This document shows, piece by piece, positions 20,497 through 29,727 of a stretch of 64,000 bases of DNA. Source of the stretch: Fermentimonas sp. (GTDB lineage: Bacteria > Bacteroidota > Bacteroidia > Bacteroidales > Dysgonomonadaceae); NCBI GenBank assembly GCA_015478775.1, contig JADMKP010000008.1, forward strand, positions 184,076 through 248,075, read 5' to 3'. The notes under the pieces were generated by a model. That model was not told the DNA's origin and ran no database searches. It was given only the letters and a program-made list of their open reading frames with translations. How positions within the stretch are numbered: the first letter of the stretch is position 1; every line of letters starts with the position of its first letter. The position numbers were made by a program, and so were the translations under genes.

Positions 20497-20608
20497 TTAA
20501 TGATTTAGTTCAAAGTAGAATTAATGATTTAGCTTAAAGTATTTATTAATGATTTAGCTTAAAGTATTTATTAATGATTTAGCTTAAAGTATTTATTAAT
20601 GATTTAGC
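20497..20608. repeat. 25-bp tandem repeat (VNTR): 3 perfect copies, 1 degenerate, 1 partial
   Basis: TTAATGATTTAGCTTAAAGTATTTA at 20521, 20546 and 20571; degenerate 24-nt copy at 20497; partial copy at 20596. Confidence 0.95.
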
Positions 20609-20639
20609 AAAAAGCTTGATAATATTAAAGATAAAATAA

Positions 20640-20670
20640 ATTAGGGCGACTCTTAACGGGCCGCCCTAAT
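20640..20670. terminator. Hairpin/terminator between convergent icd and fusA2
   Basis: attagggcg / cgccctaat inverted repeat. Confidence 0.7.
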
Positions 20671-20703
20671 CGTATATAACATAAGCTTTAATTAAAAAGA
20701 AAA

Positions 20704-22860
20704 TTAGTCCTCTTTTTCCTGCTCTTCATATTCCTTAAGCAGTTTTTCCTGAACATCAGATGGAACAAGTTCGTAACCAGAGAGTTTCATAGAAAATGAA
20801 CCTCTACCACCAGTAATAGAGCTCAGTGTGGTTGAGTAATTACTCATCTCCTTTAAAGGCACCTTTGCATTTAGCTTCTCAAAACCTTTCTCACTTTCCA
20901 TACCCATAATAATAGCTCTGCGTCCCTGAAGGTCACTCATTACGTCACCTAAATAATCACCAGGTACCGACACTACAATATTATAGATAGGCTCAAGAAT
21001 CTTTGGAGCTGCGTTCTTAAATGCAGAAATAAAAGCATGTCTTCCTGCAAGCATAAATGAGATTTCATTAGAGTCTACAGGGTGCATCTTGCCATCATAA
21101 ACAATAACTCTCACATCTCTTGCATAAGAACCTGTTAATGGACCTTGCTCCATTCTTGCCATAATACCTTTTAGTATAGCAGGTAAGAAACGAGTATCAA
21201 TAGAGCCCCCAACAATACTATTTACAAATACCAACTTTCCACCCCAATCCAAATTGATTGTTTGGGTGTCGCGGTTCTGAATTTTAAACTCCTGACCGTT
21301 AAATTTATAAATCTCAGGCAGTGCCATACCTTCAGAGTAGGGCTCAATAATTAGGTGTACTTCACCAAACTGACCGGCTCCACCAGACTGCTTCTTGTGT
21401 CTGTAATCTGCGCGAGCCGACTTAGTAATTGTTTCTCTATAAGGAATCTTTGGCTCAAAAAATTCAATATCAATCTTATCATTATTCTCAAGACGCCATT
21501 TAAGAGTTTTAAGGTGAAACTCTCCCTGTCCCGAAACAATAGTTTGTTTCAGTTCTTTCGATATCTCAACCAGCCATGTTGGGTCTTCCTCTCTCATGCG
21601 GTTAAGTGATTCATTCATCTTTTCAGAATTAGATTCACTTACAGCCTTAATAGCTCTGCGATAACGTGGCTCAGGATACTTAATAAAATCAAATTTATTG
21701 TCAGAACCCTTAGCATTAAGGGTGTTGCCTGTACGTACTTCTTTAAGTTTTACCGAAGCACCAATGCTACCAGCATGAAGTTCTTCTGCTCTGTTACGCA
21801 TCTGTCCCGCAACAGTATATAATTGTGCAAGTCTCTCTTTAGACTGGCGATTAACGTTTGTAAAATCATCACCCTCTCTCACCACACCGCACATTACTTT
21901 AAAATAACTCACCTCGCCAATATGTGGCTCAACTGTCGTTTTAAAGAAATAAAGGCTTGCTGGCTCGTTGTCAACCGGATGCACCTCAACTCCTTCAGAG
22001 TTAACTGGTGATGGCATATCGTCTGGCGATGGAGCAACCATACTCAAAAAGTTCATAATACGGTGAACTGCCATATTCTTTTCGCCCGAAGAGCAGAATA
22101 CCGGATATAAACTTTGATTAAGCATTCCCTTATGAATTCCGTCACGCATCTCTTCTTCAGATAGTGTTCCCTGATCAAAGAATTTCTCCATCAAACCCTC
22201 ATCATTTTCAGCAGCAGCCTCCAATAAAACCTGATAGTAATCTCCTGCTCTCTCTTTCTCGCTTTCTGGTATATCTAATACTTGTGGTGCGGTGTCATCT
22301 GATTCCCAATGATAATATTTCTGTTTCAAAACATCAATGATACCGTTAAAAGTGGTACCACTACCAATAGGATATTGAACCGGTGTAATTTTATTTCCAT
22401 AAACCTCTTTAAGGCTTGCAATCGTGTTATCATAGTCGGCTTTCTCATGGTCCATCTGGTTAACAAGCAAAACTACAGGTTTCTTAAGTGCATCGGCATA
22501 ACGAAATTGGTTAATTGTGCCAACTTCAACTCCACTGGTAGCATCAATAAGCATAAGAGCCATATCAGTAACATTCAGTGCAGTAACCACTCCCCCTACA
22601 AAGTCATCCGAACCAGGGCAATCGATAAAGTTCATCAATTTATCTTTCCATTCATACGATATCACAGACGGAAATACAGAATATCCATACTCCTTTTCCA
22701 CTGGGAAATAATCACTTGCGGTGTTTCCTCCATCTATGGTACCACGTCGTCTTAATAGACCACACTCGAAAAGCATAGCTTCAGCGAGAGTGGTCTTGCC
22801 TGACCCCGAATTTCCAATCAGGGCTATGTTCTTAATTTGGTTTGTCTTGTAAACTTTCAT
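20704..22860 (-). CDS. fusA2: Elongation factor G paralog (EF-G2)
   Basis: EF-G domain order with G1 GNSGSGKTT, switch II DCPGSDDF (no catalytic His), G4 NQMD, HKKQSGGAGQFGEV and an insertion in domain IV. Confidence 0.92.
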   Translation of the reverse strand: MKVYKTNQIKNIALIGNSGSGKTTLAEAMLFECGLLRRRGTIDGGNTASDYFPVEKEYGYSVFPSVISYEWKDKLMNFIDCPGSDDFVGGVVTALNVTDMALMLIDATSGVEVGTINQFRYADALKKPVVLLVNQMDHEKADYDNTIASLKEVYGNKITPVQYPIGSGTTFNGIIDVLKQKYYHWESDDTAPQVLDIPESEKERAGDYYQVLLEAAAENDEGLMEKFFDQGTLSEEEMRDGIHKGMLNQSLYPVFCSSGEKNMAVHRIMNFLSMVAPSPDDMPSPVNSEGVEVHPVDNEPASLYFFKTTVEPHIGEVSYFKVMCGVVREGDDFTNVNRQSKERLAQLYTVAGQMRNRAEELHAGSIGASVKLKEVRTGNTLNAKGSDNKFDFIKYPEPRYRRAIKAVSESNSEKMNESLNRMREEDPTWLVEISKELKQTIVSGQGEFHLKTLKWRLENNDKIDIEFFEPKIPYRETITKSARADYRHKKQSGGAGQFGEVHLIIEPYSEGMALPEIYKFNGQEFKIQNRDTQTINLDWGGKLVFVNSIVGGSIDTRFLPAILKGIMARMEQGPLTGSYARDVRVIVYDGKMHPVDSNEISFMLAGRHAFISAFKNAAPKILEPIYNIVVSVPGDYLGDVMSDLQGRRAIIMGMESEKGFEKLNAKVPLKEMSNYSTTLSSITGGRGSFSMKLSGYELVPSDVQEKLLKEYEEQEKED

Positions 22861-23106
22861 GATTAGAAAATATTATTAATTAATTTATTATTCACTCATT
22901 TCTTATTTTCTCTCTTCTTAAAATGGTATAGTTATTAAAATGCGATGTAATTTAATTAAAGTATATGTATATGTTAATCAGATAATTGAGCGCTCAAAAG
23001 TTAGTATTAAAAAAGACTTTGCGTCTAAATAAGACTGGCAAAGTCATGCTTTACTTAATAAGAATGCAATTTATACAAAAGGGGTCACAAAAAAAAATGA
23101 ACTCTT

Positions 23107-23122
23107 TATGTTATATAACATA
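23107..23122. promoter_or_regulatory. Putative Cur (BT4338-like CRP-family regulator) binding site
   Basis: Perfect palindrome TATGTTATATAACATA in AT-rich flanks; fits wwwTATGTTnTAnAACATAwww; about 250 bp upstream of fusA2. Confidence 0.75.
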
Positions 23123-23206
23123 TACAAACATTCAATACAATAGTCAATACCGACGTTTATTAGTTGTTTAAATATTTAGTTACATTTACTAAAAGATTTA
23201 TAAATA

Positions 23207-25918
23207 ATGGAGCATTACTATAACCAAACCATAGACGAGGTAGTAAAGAAATTTGAAGTCGATTCAACCAAAGGTCTCTCAAGTCAGGAGGTAGAAACAA
23301 GAAAAGAAAAATATGGACTAAATAAGTTGGAGTCACATAAACAAAAGTCTCTTTTCTCCATATTCATAGAGCAATTCAAAAGCAGCATGGTTGTTATTTT
23401 ATTTATAGCAGCCGTAGTTTCAGGTGTTATTGGAGTTATTGAAGATGAAGGGTTGATTGAAACCATTGTGATTCTTGCAATCTTACTTCTCAATGCCATC
23501 ATTGGTACAATAGAAGAACGAAGAGCTCAATCTTCCCTCGAAGCACTAAATAAGATGAGTGCGCCACGCAGTAAGGTACTGCGTGACGGTCAAACCACAG
23601 AAATTACATCCATAGAAATAGTTCCCGGAGATATTGTTGTACTAGACACAGGAGATATTATACCTGCCGATATGAGGCTAGTCGAAGCTATAAACCTCAA
23701 AGTGCAAGAGTCGGCACTTACCGGCGAATCCGTTCCTGTTGAAAAGATAAATGGTCAACTTAAAGGTCAAGACATTTCCCTTGGCGATCGTACTAACATG
23801 GCATTCTCCACAAGTGTTGTTACTTACGGTCGCGGCAAAGGTGTTATTGTAGGAACCGGTATGAATACAGAAGTTGGCAAGATAGCCCACATGCTCCAAA
23901 GTACCGAAGCAACCGAAACACCAATGGGCCGACGCCTCGAGCAGCTGGGTAAGGTTCTGGGATACGTTGCGCTATTTATCTGTGCTCTCATATTTGGCAT
24001 AGGTATGCTTTATGGCAACAATTGGCTAGATATGTTTATGATGGCAGTTAGTCTTGCAGTTGCAGCTATCCCCGAAGGGCTACAAATTGTAGCCACAATT
24101 GTTCTCGCAATTGGCGTGCAGCGTCTGGTTAAACAAAATGCAATTGTTCGCACACTACCGTCAGTAGAAACACTAGGCAGCACAACTGTTATATGCTCAG
24201 ATAAAACCGGCACTCTCACTCAAAACAAGATGACCGTAGTCGAAACCTGGACAAATGAAAATAAATCCGATTTCAGAAATACCAACAACCAAAATGCTAT
24301 AAAGGACAATGAGAAGTTGATAGGTGATGAGGATTTGTTAATTATCTCTGCTCTGCTATGTACCGACTCACACCTCAAAGTGCATAGCAATGGTGAACAT
24401 GAGCTTTCAGGCGACCCAACAGAAACATCAATTGTTGAACTAGCATTAAAACTTGGTTACGACAAAAACGAACTAGAAAAACAATATCCACGTGTACAAG
24501 AAGTACCCTTCGATTCTGAAAGGAAGAGAATGACTACCATCAATCAAATGGAGGAGGGTAAGCTTCATGTAAATGTAAAAGGTGGTCTTGATGAAGTACT
24601 TAGTGTAACCACACATATACTATTTAAGGGTGAAGTCCGGCCAATAACAGATCAGGATAAAGAAACTATAAAACTTGAGAATGAACGAATGGCAAAGTTA
24701 GCCTTGCGAGTACTCTCTGTTGCCTATAAAGAAATAAACTCCATTCCCGATAATGTAAGTGCCGAAACTATCGAGAAAGACCTTGTATTTATTGGACTTT
24801 TAGGGATGATAGACCCCGCTCGTCCGGAAGTTATAGAAGCAGTAAAGAAATGCAGAACAGCCGGAATAAGACCTGTAATGATTACCGGCGATCATAAGAT
24901 TACCGCTGTTGCCATTGCCGATGAAATTGGCATTTATGACAAAGGGCATAAAGCTGTTACAGGCACTGAAGTTGAAGCGATTGATGATGAAACACTTTTC
25001 AGAAATATAGAAGACTACTCAGTTTATGCTCGAGTGGCTCCCGAGCATAAGGTCAGAATAGTAAAAGCCTGGCAGAAGCATGGTGATATAGTTGCAATGA
25101 CAGGCGATGGTGTAAATGACGCACCAGCCCTAAAGCAGGCCGATATTGGTGTTGCCATGGGTATCGTCGGAACTGAGGTTGCAAAAGACGCATCAGACGT
25201 TGTGCTTACCGATGATAACTTTGCTACAATAGTTAGCGCAGTTGAGGAGGGCAGACGGATATACGACAACATTCTCAAAGTAATCCAATTTCTCTTATCG
25301 GCAAATATGGGAGAGGTACTACTTATTTTTATTGCATCAATATTTAATCTTGGCAACCCGTTATCCCCAATATTAATACTTTGGATTAACTTGGTAACAG
25401 ACAGTTTGCCTGCTCTTGCATTAAGTTTAGACCCAGCCGAGAAAGATATAATGACTCGTAAACCCAGAGATCCCAAGAAAGGTTTCTTTACTAAAGGCAT
25501 GATTTTAAGAATTGTCTACCAAGGGTCAACTATCGGACTTATATCCCTTGCTGCTTATATAATTGGACGAAACGATGGGGTTAATATGGGACTTGATAAT
25601 CCAGAAGCACTAGGGCAAACAATGGCCTTTGCCGTGCTAGGGTTCTCTCAACTATTTCATGTCAGAAACCTTCACTCAAATAAGATGTCTTCATTCAAAA
25701 CAAGTATATTAAGCAACAAATCTCTATTAATGGCAATTCTTGCTTCTAGTGTATTAATGCTAATAGTATTGATGATTCCGGGTGTAATGAATGTATTCGG
25801 ACTTGTTCCTATGGACGCTACACATTGGCTATATGTACTTGCACTTTCACTAGTCCCAATAGTAATTGTGGAACTTGTAAAAGCATTTAAACTCAATCAT
25901 ACTAAAGATGAGTATTAA
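23207..25918 (+). CDS. P-type IIA (Ca2+-transporting, SERCA/PMR1-like) ATPase
   Basis: [47 protein letters not shown]. Confidence 0.92.
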   Translation: MEHYYNQTIDEVVKKFEVDSTKGLSSQEVETRKEKYGLNKLESHKQKSLFSIFIEQFKSSMVVILFIAAVVSGVIGVIEDEGLIETIVILAILLLNAIIGTIEERRAQSSLEALNKMSAPRSKVLRDGQTTEITSIEIVPGDIVVLDTGDIIPADMRLVEAINLKVQESALTGESVPVEKINGQLKGQDISLGDRTNMAFSTSVVTYGRGKGVIVGTGMNTEVGKIAHMLQSTEATETPMGRRLEQLGKVLGYVALFICALIFGIGMLYGNNWLDMFMMAVSLAVAAIPEGLQIVATIVLAIGVQRLVKQNAIVRTLPSVETLGSTTVICSDKTGTLTQNKMTVVETWTNENKSDFRNTNNQNAIKDNEKLIGDEDLLIISALLCTDSHLKVHSNGEHELSGDPTETSIVELALKLGYDKNELEKQYPRVQEVPFDSERKRMTTINQMEEGKLHVNVKGGLDEVLSVTTHILFKGEVRPITDQDKETIKLENERMAKLALRVLSVAYKEINSIPDNVSAETIEKDLVFIGLLGMIDPARPEVIEAVKKCRTAGIRPVMITGDHKITAVAIADEIGIYDKGHKAVTGTEVEAIDDETLFRNIEDYSVYARVAPEHKVRIVKAWQKHGDIVAMTGDGVNDAPALKQADIGVAMGIVGTEVAKDASDVVLTDDNFATIVSAVEEGRRIYDNILKVIQFLLSANMGEVLLIFIASIFNLGNPLSPILILWINLVTDSLPALALSLDPAEKDIMTRKPRDPKKGFFTKGMILRIVYQGSTIGLISLAAYIIGRNDGVNMGLDNPEALGQTMAFAVLGFSQLFHVRNLHSNKMSSFKTSILSNKSLLMAILASSVLMLIVLMIPGVMNVFGLVPMDATHWLYVLALSLVPIVIVELVKAFKLNHTKDEY

Positions 25919-25944
25919 TAATACCTTATAAGTATATTTATTTT

Positions 25945-25972
25945 AAAGCCCGGATTTTTAAATTCGGGCTTT
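25945..25972 (+). terminator. Terminator after the P-ATPase
   Basis: aaagcccg / cgggcttt inverted repeat. Confidence 0.75.
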
Positions 25973-26176
25973 ATTGTTCTATATTATATAATCTACCCTT
26001 AAACAATGCTAAAAATTGCACAAATAAGTGGTGTACGTGCACAAAATAAAATATTATTTGTATTTTTGAAATAATAATTACATTCATAAGTTATTTCCCT
26101 TTATTACTAACAATTAGGTTATAAATTTTAAGCCATATTGAGGTGTGATTTTGGTATGTAAACAAAAAAAGAAGTT

Positions 26177-26437
26177 ATGGAAAACATTCAAGCGGCATTA
26201 GTTCTTTTGCTTATCGGAATGATAATGGTAATTATCGTTCTTTGGTTAGTTGTAGGTCTAGGTAATCTCCTTATCAGGCTCACAAATAAGTATGTCAAAG
26301 AAGATAAAGATACACCATCAAATTATGGAATGAGCAGAACAGGCAAAAACCCTAAAAAAATTGCAGCAATTATAGCAGCAGTTGATATCGCAACACTGGG
26401 AGAGGGTAAGATAGAATCGATAAATAAAAACAGATAA
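26177..26437 (+). CDS. oadG: Na+-translocating decarboxylase gamma subunit (OadG family)
   Basis: Single N-terminal TM, short linker, IAAIIAAV motif; first gene of the oad cluster. Confidence 0.8.
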   Translation: MENIQAALVLLLIGMIMVIIVLWLVVGLGNLLIRLTNKYVKEDKDTPSNYGMSRTGKNPKKIAAIIAAVDIATLGEGKIESINKNR

Positions 26438-26448
26438 AAAATAAAATT

Positions 26449-28371
26449 ATGGCAAAAGAGATTAAATTTAGTCTTCTCTACAGAGATATGTGGCAGTCGG
26501 CTGGTAAGTATGTACCCACGGTTGAACAATTAAAAGAAGTTGCTCCTGCTATCGTAGAAATGGGTTGCTTTGCCCGTGTTGAGACAAACGGAGGTGGCTT
26601 CGAACAAATAAACCTTCTTTTTGGCGAGAATCCAAATAAAGCAGTACGCGAATGGACCCAACCATTTAACGATGCAGGCATACAAACACATATGCTTGAG
26701 AGAGGACTCAATGGAATTCGTATGTCACCAGTTCCTGCAGATGTACGCAGACTTATGTTTCAACTTAAAAAGAAACAGGGAACCGACATCTCTCGTTCTT
26801 TTGATGGTCTAAATGACCCTCGTAATCTCGAGAATTCAATAAAGTTTGCCAAAGAAGCCGGAATGATTTCTCAAGCAGCACTTAGTCTAACCGTTTCACC
26901 TGTTCACACAATAGAATATTACACCAATCTTGCAAACACACTAATTAAGATGGGTGCAGATGAGATATGTATTAAAGACATGGCAGGAGTTGGACGCCCC
27001 GTTAGCATTGGCAAAATTATTAAGAATATAAAAGAGCTTCATCCCAATGTGGCAATAACATATCACGGACATGCCGGTCCCGGTTTCCAGATGGCATCAA
27101 TTCTTGAAGCAGCAAATGCCGGAGTAGAATATATAGATGTTGGTATGGAACCACTGTCGTGGGGAACAGGCCATGCCGACCTCCTTGCAGTGCAGTCAAT
27201 GCTCAAAGATGCCGGTTTCAAAGTAGCCGATATCAATATGAAAGCCTATATGAAAGTGCGATCCCTAACTCAAAAGTTTATGGACGACTTCCTTGGATAT
27301 TATATTAGTAATAAGAACAGAGTAATGAATTCTCTTCTTATCGGTCCAGGACTACCAGGTGGAATGATGGGTAGCCTCATGTCAGACCTCGAGGACAACC
27401 TCAAATCACTTAACAAGTGGAAAAGGAAGCATAACCAACCCGAGCTTACTCAAGACGATCTCATGATAAAGCTGTTTGAAGAAGTATCATACGTATGGCC
27501 CAAGGTAGGATTTCCTCCACTGGTTACACCATATAGTCAGTATGTTAAGAATCTTGCACTTTTAAATGTAGTTCAAATTGAGAAGGGGAGAGAACGGTGG
27601 TCTATGATAGCCGACAATGTTTGGGATATGATGCTTGGTAAAACAGGTAAACTTCCGGGACAACTTGCTCCTGAGCTTGTAGAAATGGCAAAAGAACAAG
27701 GACGTGAATTTTATACAGGCAACCCACAAGACCTTTATCCCAATCAGCTCGATGAGTTCCGTGCCGAAATGAAAAAGAACAATTGGAGTACAGGTAAAGA
27801 TGACGAAGAACTATTTGAGCTTGCCATGCACCCCGAGCAATACAGAGCATACAAATCTGGCGATGCACGTAAATATTTCCTTGCCGACCTCGAAAAGAAA
27901 AGAGCAAAAAGTGAAGACACTGAATTAACAGATTCAACAGAAGTTCCTGCAATATTCTCATCAGGAAATAATTATCAGCCAAAAACTCTAATCGTTAATG
28001 TAGACAACGAAGAGTACCTGGTTAATATTTCATATCCACAAAACGGAGAAGGCGCTGCTGCAGTTTCTGGTACAACTCCTGCCGCCGTCGCTGCACAACA
28101 ACCTGTTGCACAACAAGCACCTGTTTCATCTAACAGTGGCACAAAAGAGGTTACTTCACCACTCGAAGGTAAATTCTTCCTCACTAAAGAGGCATCAGAG
28201 AAACCTCTAAAGGTGGGAGATACCATTAAAGTAAATGATATCGTAGGTTATATCGAATCAATGAAGACCTACAACGCCATAGCATCTGAAGTTGAAGGTA
28301 CAGTTACAGAAATATGCTATGCCAATGGTTCATCAGTTGAAGAAGAAGATATACTCGTTAAAGTTAAATAG
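26449..28371 (+). CDS. oadA: Oxaloacetate decarboxylase alpha-like subunit (carboxyltransferase plus biotin carrier)
   Basis: RDMWQS, CIKDMAG, YHGH, LPGGMMGS, PPLVTPYSQ; Ala/Pro/Gln linker; biotinyl domain IESMKTYN. Confidence 0.82.
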   Translation: MAKEIKFSLLYRDMWQSAGKYVPTVEQLKEVAPAIVEMGCFARVETNGGGFEQINLLFGENPNKAVREWTQPFNDAGIQTHMLERGLNGIRMSPVPADVRRLMFQLKKKQGTDISRSFDGLNDPRNLENSIKFAKEAGMISQAALSLTVSPVHTIEYYTNLANTLIKMGADEICIKDMAGVGRPVSIGKIIKNIKELHPNVAITYHGHAGPGFQMASILEAANAGVEYIDVGMEPLSWGTGHADLLAVQSMLKDAGFKVADINMKAYMKVRSLTQKFMDDFLGYYISNKNRVMNSLLIGPGLPGGMMGSLMSDLEDNLKSLNKWKRKHNQPELTQDDLMIKLFEEVSYVWPKVGFPPLVTPYSQYVKNLALLNVVQIEKGRERWSMIADNVWDMMLGKTGKLPGQLAPELVEMAKEQGREFYTGNPQDLYPNQLDEFRAEMKKNNWSTGKDDEELFELAMHPEQYRAYKSGDARKYFLADLEKKRAKSEDTELTDSTEVPAIFSSGNNYQPKTLIVNVDNEEYLVNISYPQNGEGAAAVSGTTPAAVAAQQPVAQQAPVSSNSGTKEVTSPLEGKFFLTKEASEKPLKVGDTIKVNDIVGYIESMKTYNAIASEVEGTVTEICYANGSSVEEEDILVKVK

Positions 28372-28373
28372 AA

Positions 28374-29582
28374 ATGGGAGAATTCTTTTCAAGTCTTTTC
28401 GGAACAACCGGTTTAGTTGGAACTGATTGGGGAACCATGCTCATGTGGATAATATCCGGAGCACTGTTGTACATGGGTATTTTCAAGCAGTACGAACCGT
28501 TGCTGCTTGTGCCCATAGGATTTGGGGTACTTCTTGCCAACCTCCCCGCAGCAGGTTTAGCAGTAGTTGAAGCTGATATGGTTCTTAATCCTGATGGCAG
28601 TCTCATGAACTTTGCTGAGATTGCAGCCAATTATGGGATTATTAATCTTCTTTATTATTCCTTGATCAAAACAGGTCTATTGCCACCCATTATATTTATG
28701 GGGGTAGGGGCGTTAACCGATTTTGGACCGATGCTCAGAAACCTCAAACTGGCATTCTTTGGAGGAGCGGCTCAGTCGGGAATATTTACTGTAGTCATTT
28801 TGGCTGTAATAATGGGGTACACACTTCCCGAAGCAGCATCCATGGGTATAATAGGTGGTGCAGACGGACCAACCGCTATATACACCACAATTAAGCTGGC
28901 TCCACATCTGTTAGGACCAATTGCAATTGCTGCATACTCATATATGGCAATGGTACCGGTTATAATACCTGCAGTAGCCAAACTCCTAATGAAAGAAGAT
29001 GAATTTAAGATTCATATGAGAAACATGGACAAGCAGTTTCCTCCTAAATATGAAATTAAACATCTTAGAACAGTAAAAATTCTCTTCCCTATTGTATTAA
29101 CTTTAGTAGTGTCTATTTTAGTGCCTTCATCTGCACCACTTATAGGCATGCTGATGTTAGGTAATCTGCTTAAAGAGATAGGAGCTAATACAGCCCGTTT
29201 GGCCGATGCTGCGTCGGGTCCAATTATGAATACTGCTACAATCTTCCTAGGTTTATGTGTAGGAGCTACAATGCCTGCAGAGGTTTTTCTTAGATGGCAA
29301 ACAATAGGCATTTTAGTATTAGGACTATTTGCATTTGCTATATCTATAGCAGTAGGAATAATAGCAGTTAAAATCTACAATAAGAGCTCAAAGAAAAAGA
29401 TCAATCCACTTGTGGGAGCAACAGGTCTCAGTGCGGTACCAATGGCATCACGTGTAGCTAATGATCTTGCACTTAAGTACGACAAATCAAACCATATTCT
29501 GCAATACTGTATGTCTAGCAACGTTTCAGGCGTTATAGGTTCTGCAGTTGCAGCCGGAGTGTTAATTGCATTCTTAGGTTAG
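28374..29582 (+). CDS. oadB: Na+-translocating decarboxylase beta subunit
   Basis: EPLLLVPIGFG, IFMGVGALTDFGP, GIIGGADGPTAIY, SAVPMASRV. Confidence 0.92.
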   Translation: MGEFFSSLFGTTGLVGTDWGTMLMWIISGALLYMGIFKQYEPLLLVPIGFGVLLANLPAAGLAVVEADMVLNPDGSLMNFAEIAANYGIINLLYYSLIKTGLLPPIIFMGVGALTDFGPMLRNLKLAFFGGAAQSGIFTVVILAVIMGYTLPEAASMGIIGGADGPTAIYTTIKLAPHLLGPIAIAAYSYMAMVPVIIPAVAKLLMKEDEFKIHMRNMDKQFPPKYEIKHLRTVKILFPIVLTLVVSILVPSSAPLIGMLMLGNLLKEIGANTARLADAASGPIMNTATIFLGLCVGATMPAEVFLRWQTIGILVLGLFAFAISIAVGIIAVKIYNKSSKKKINPLVGATGLSAVPMASRVANDLALKYDKSNHILQYCMSSNVSGVIGSAVAAGVLIAFLG

Positions 29583-29605
29583 TAATATTCAGAGTTAAAT
29601 AATTT

Positions 29606-29647
29606 AAGCGGCTACTTTTGTTTATCAAACATTAGTAGCCGCTTTTT
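29606..29647 (+). terminator. Terminator of the oad operon
   Basis: aagcggctact / agtagccgctt followed by a T-run. Confidence 0.8.
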
Positions 29648-29674
29648 AATTTACAGAAAACCTTTTTTATATAC

Positions 29675-29708
29675 AAAAAAAAAGCGAACCCCATTAAGAA
29701 GCTCGCTT
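29675..29708 (-). terminator. Terminator of pnp
   Basis: aagcga / tcgctt stem with a long A-run (T-run on the minus strand). Confidence 0.6.
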
Positions 29709-29727
29709 AGTAATTATATCAATAATA

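Noticed and set aside
20497-20608. CRISPR array interpretation of the 25-bp repeat
   Set aside because: Copies are head-to-tail with no spacers, not palindromic, and no cas genes are present.
23036-23050. TGGCAAAGTCATGC as a sigma54 promoter for the ATPase
   Set aside because: GG to GC spacing is 9 nt; sigma54 requires 10.
22986-23171. 61-aa intergenic ORF
   Set aside because: TTG start, AT-rich regulatory DNA, overlaps the Cur box, no recognisable features.
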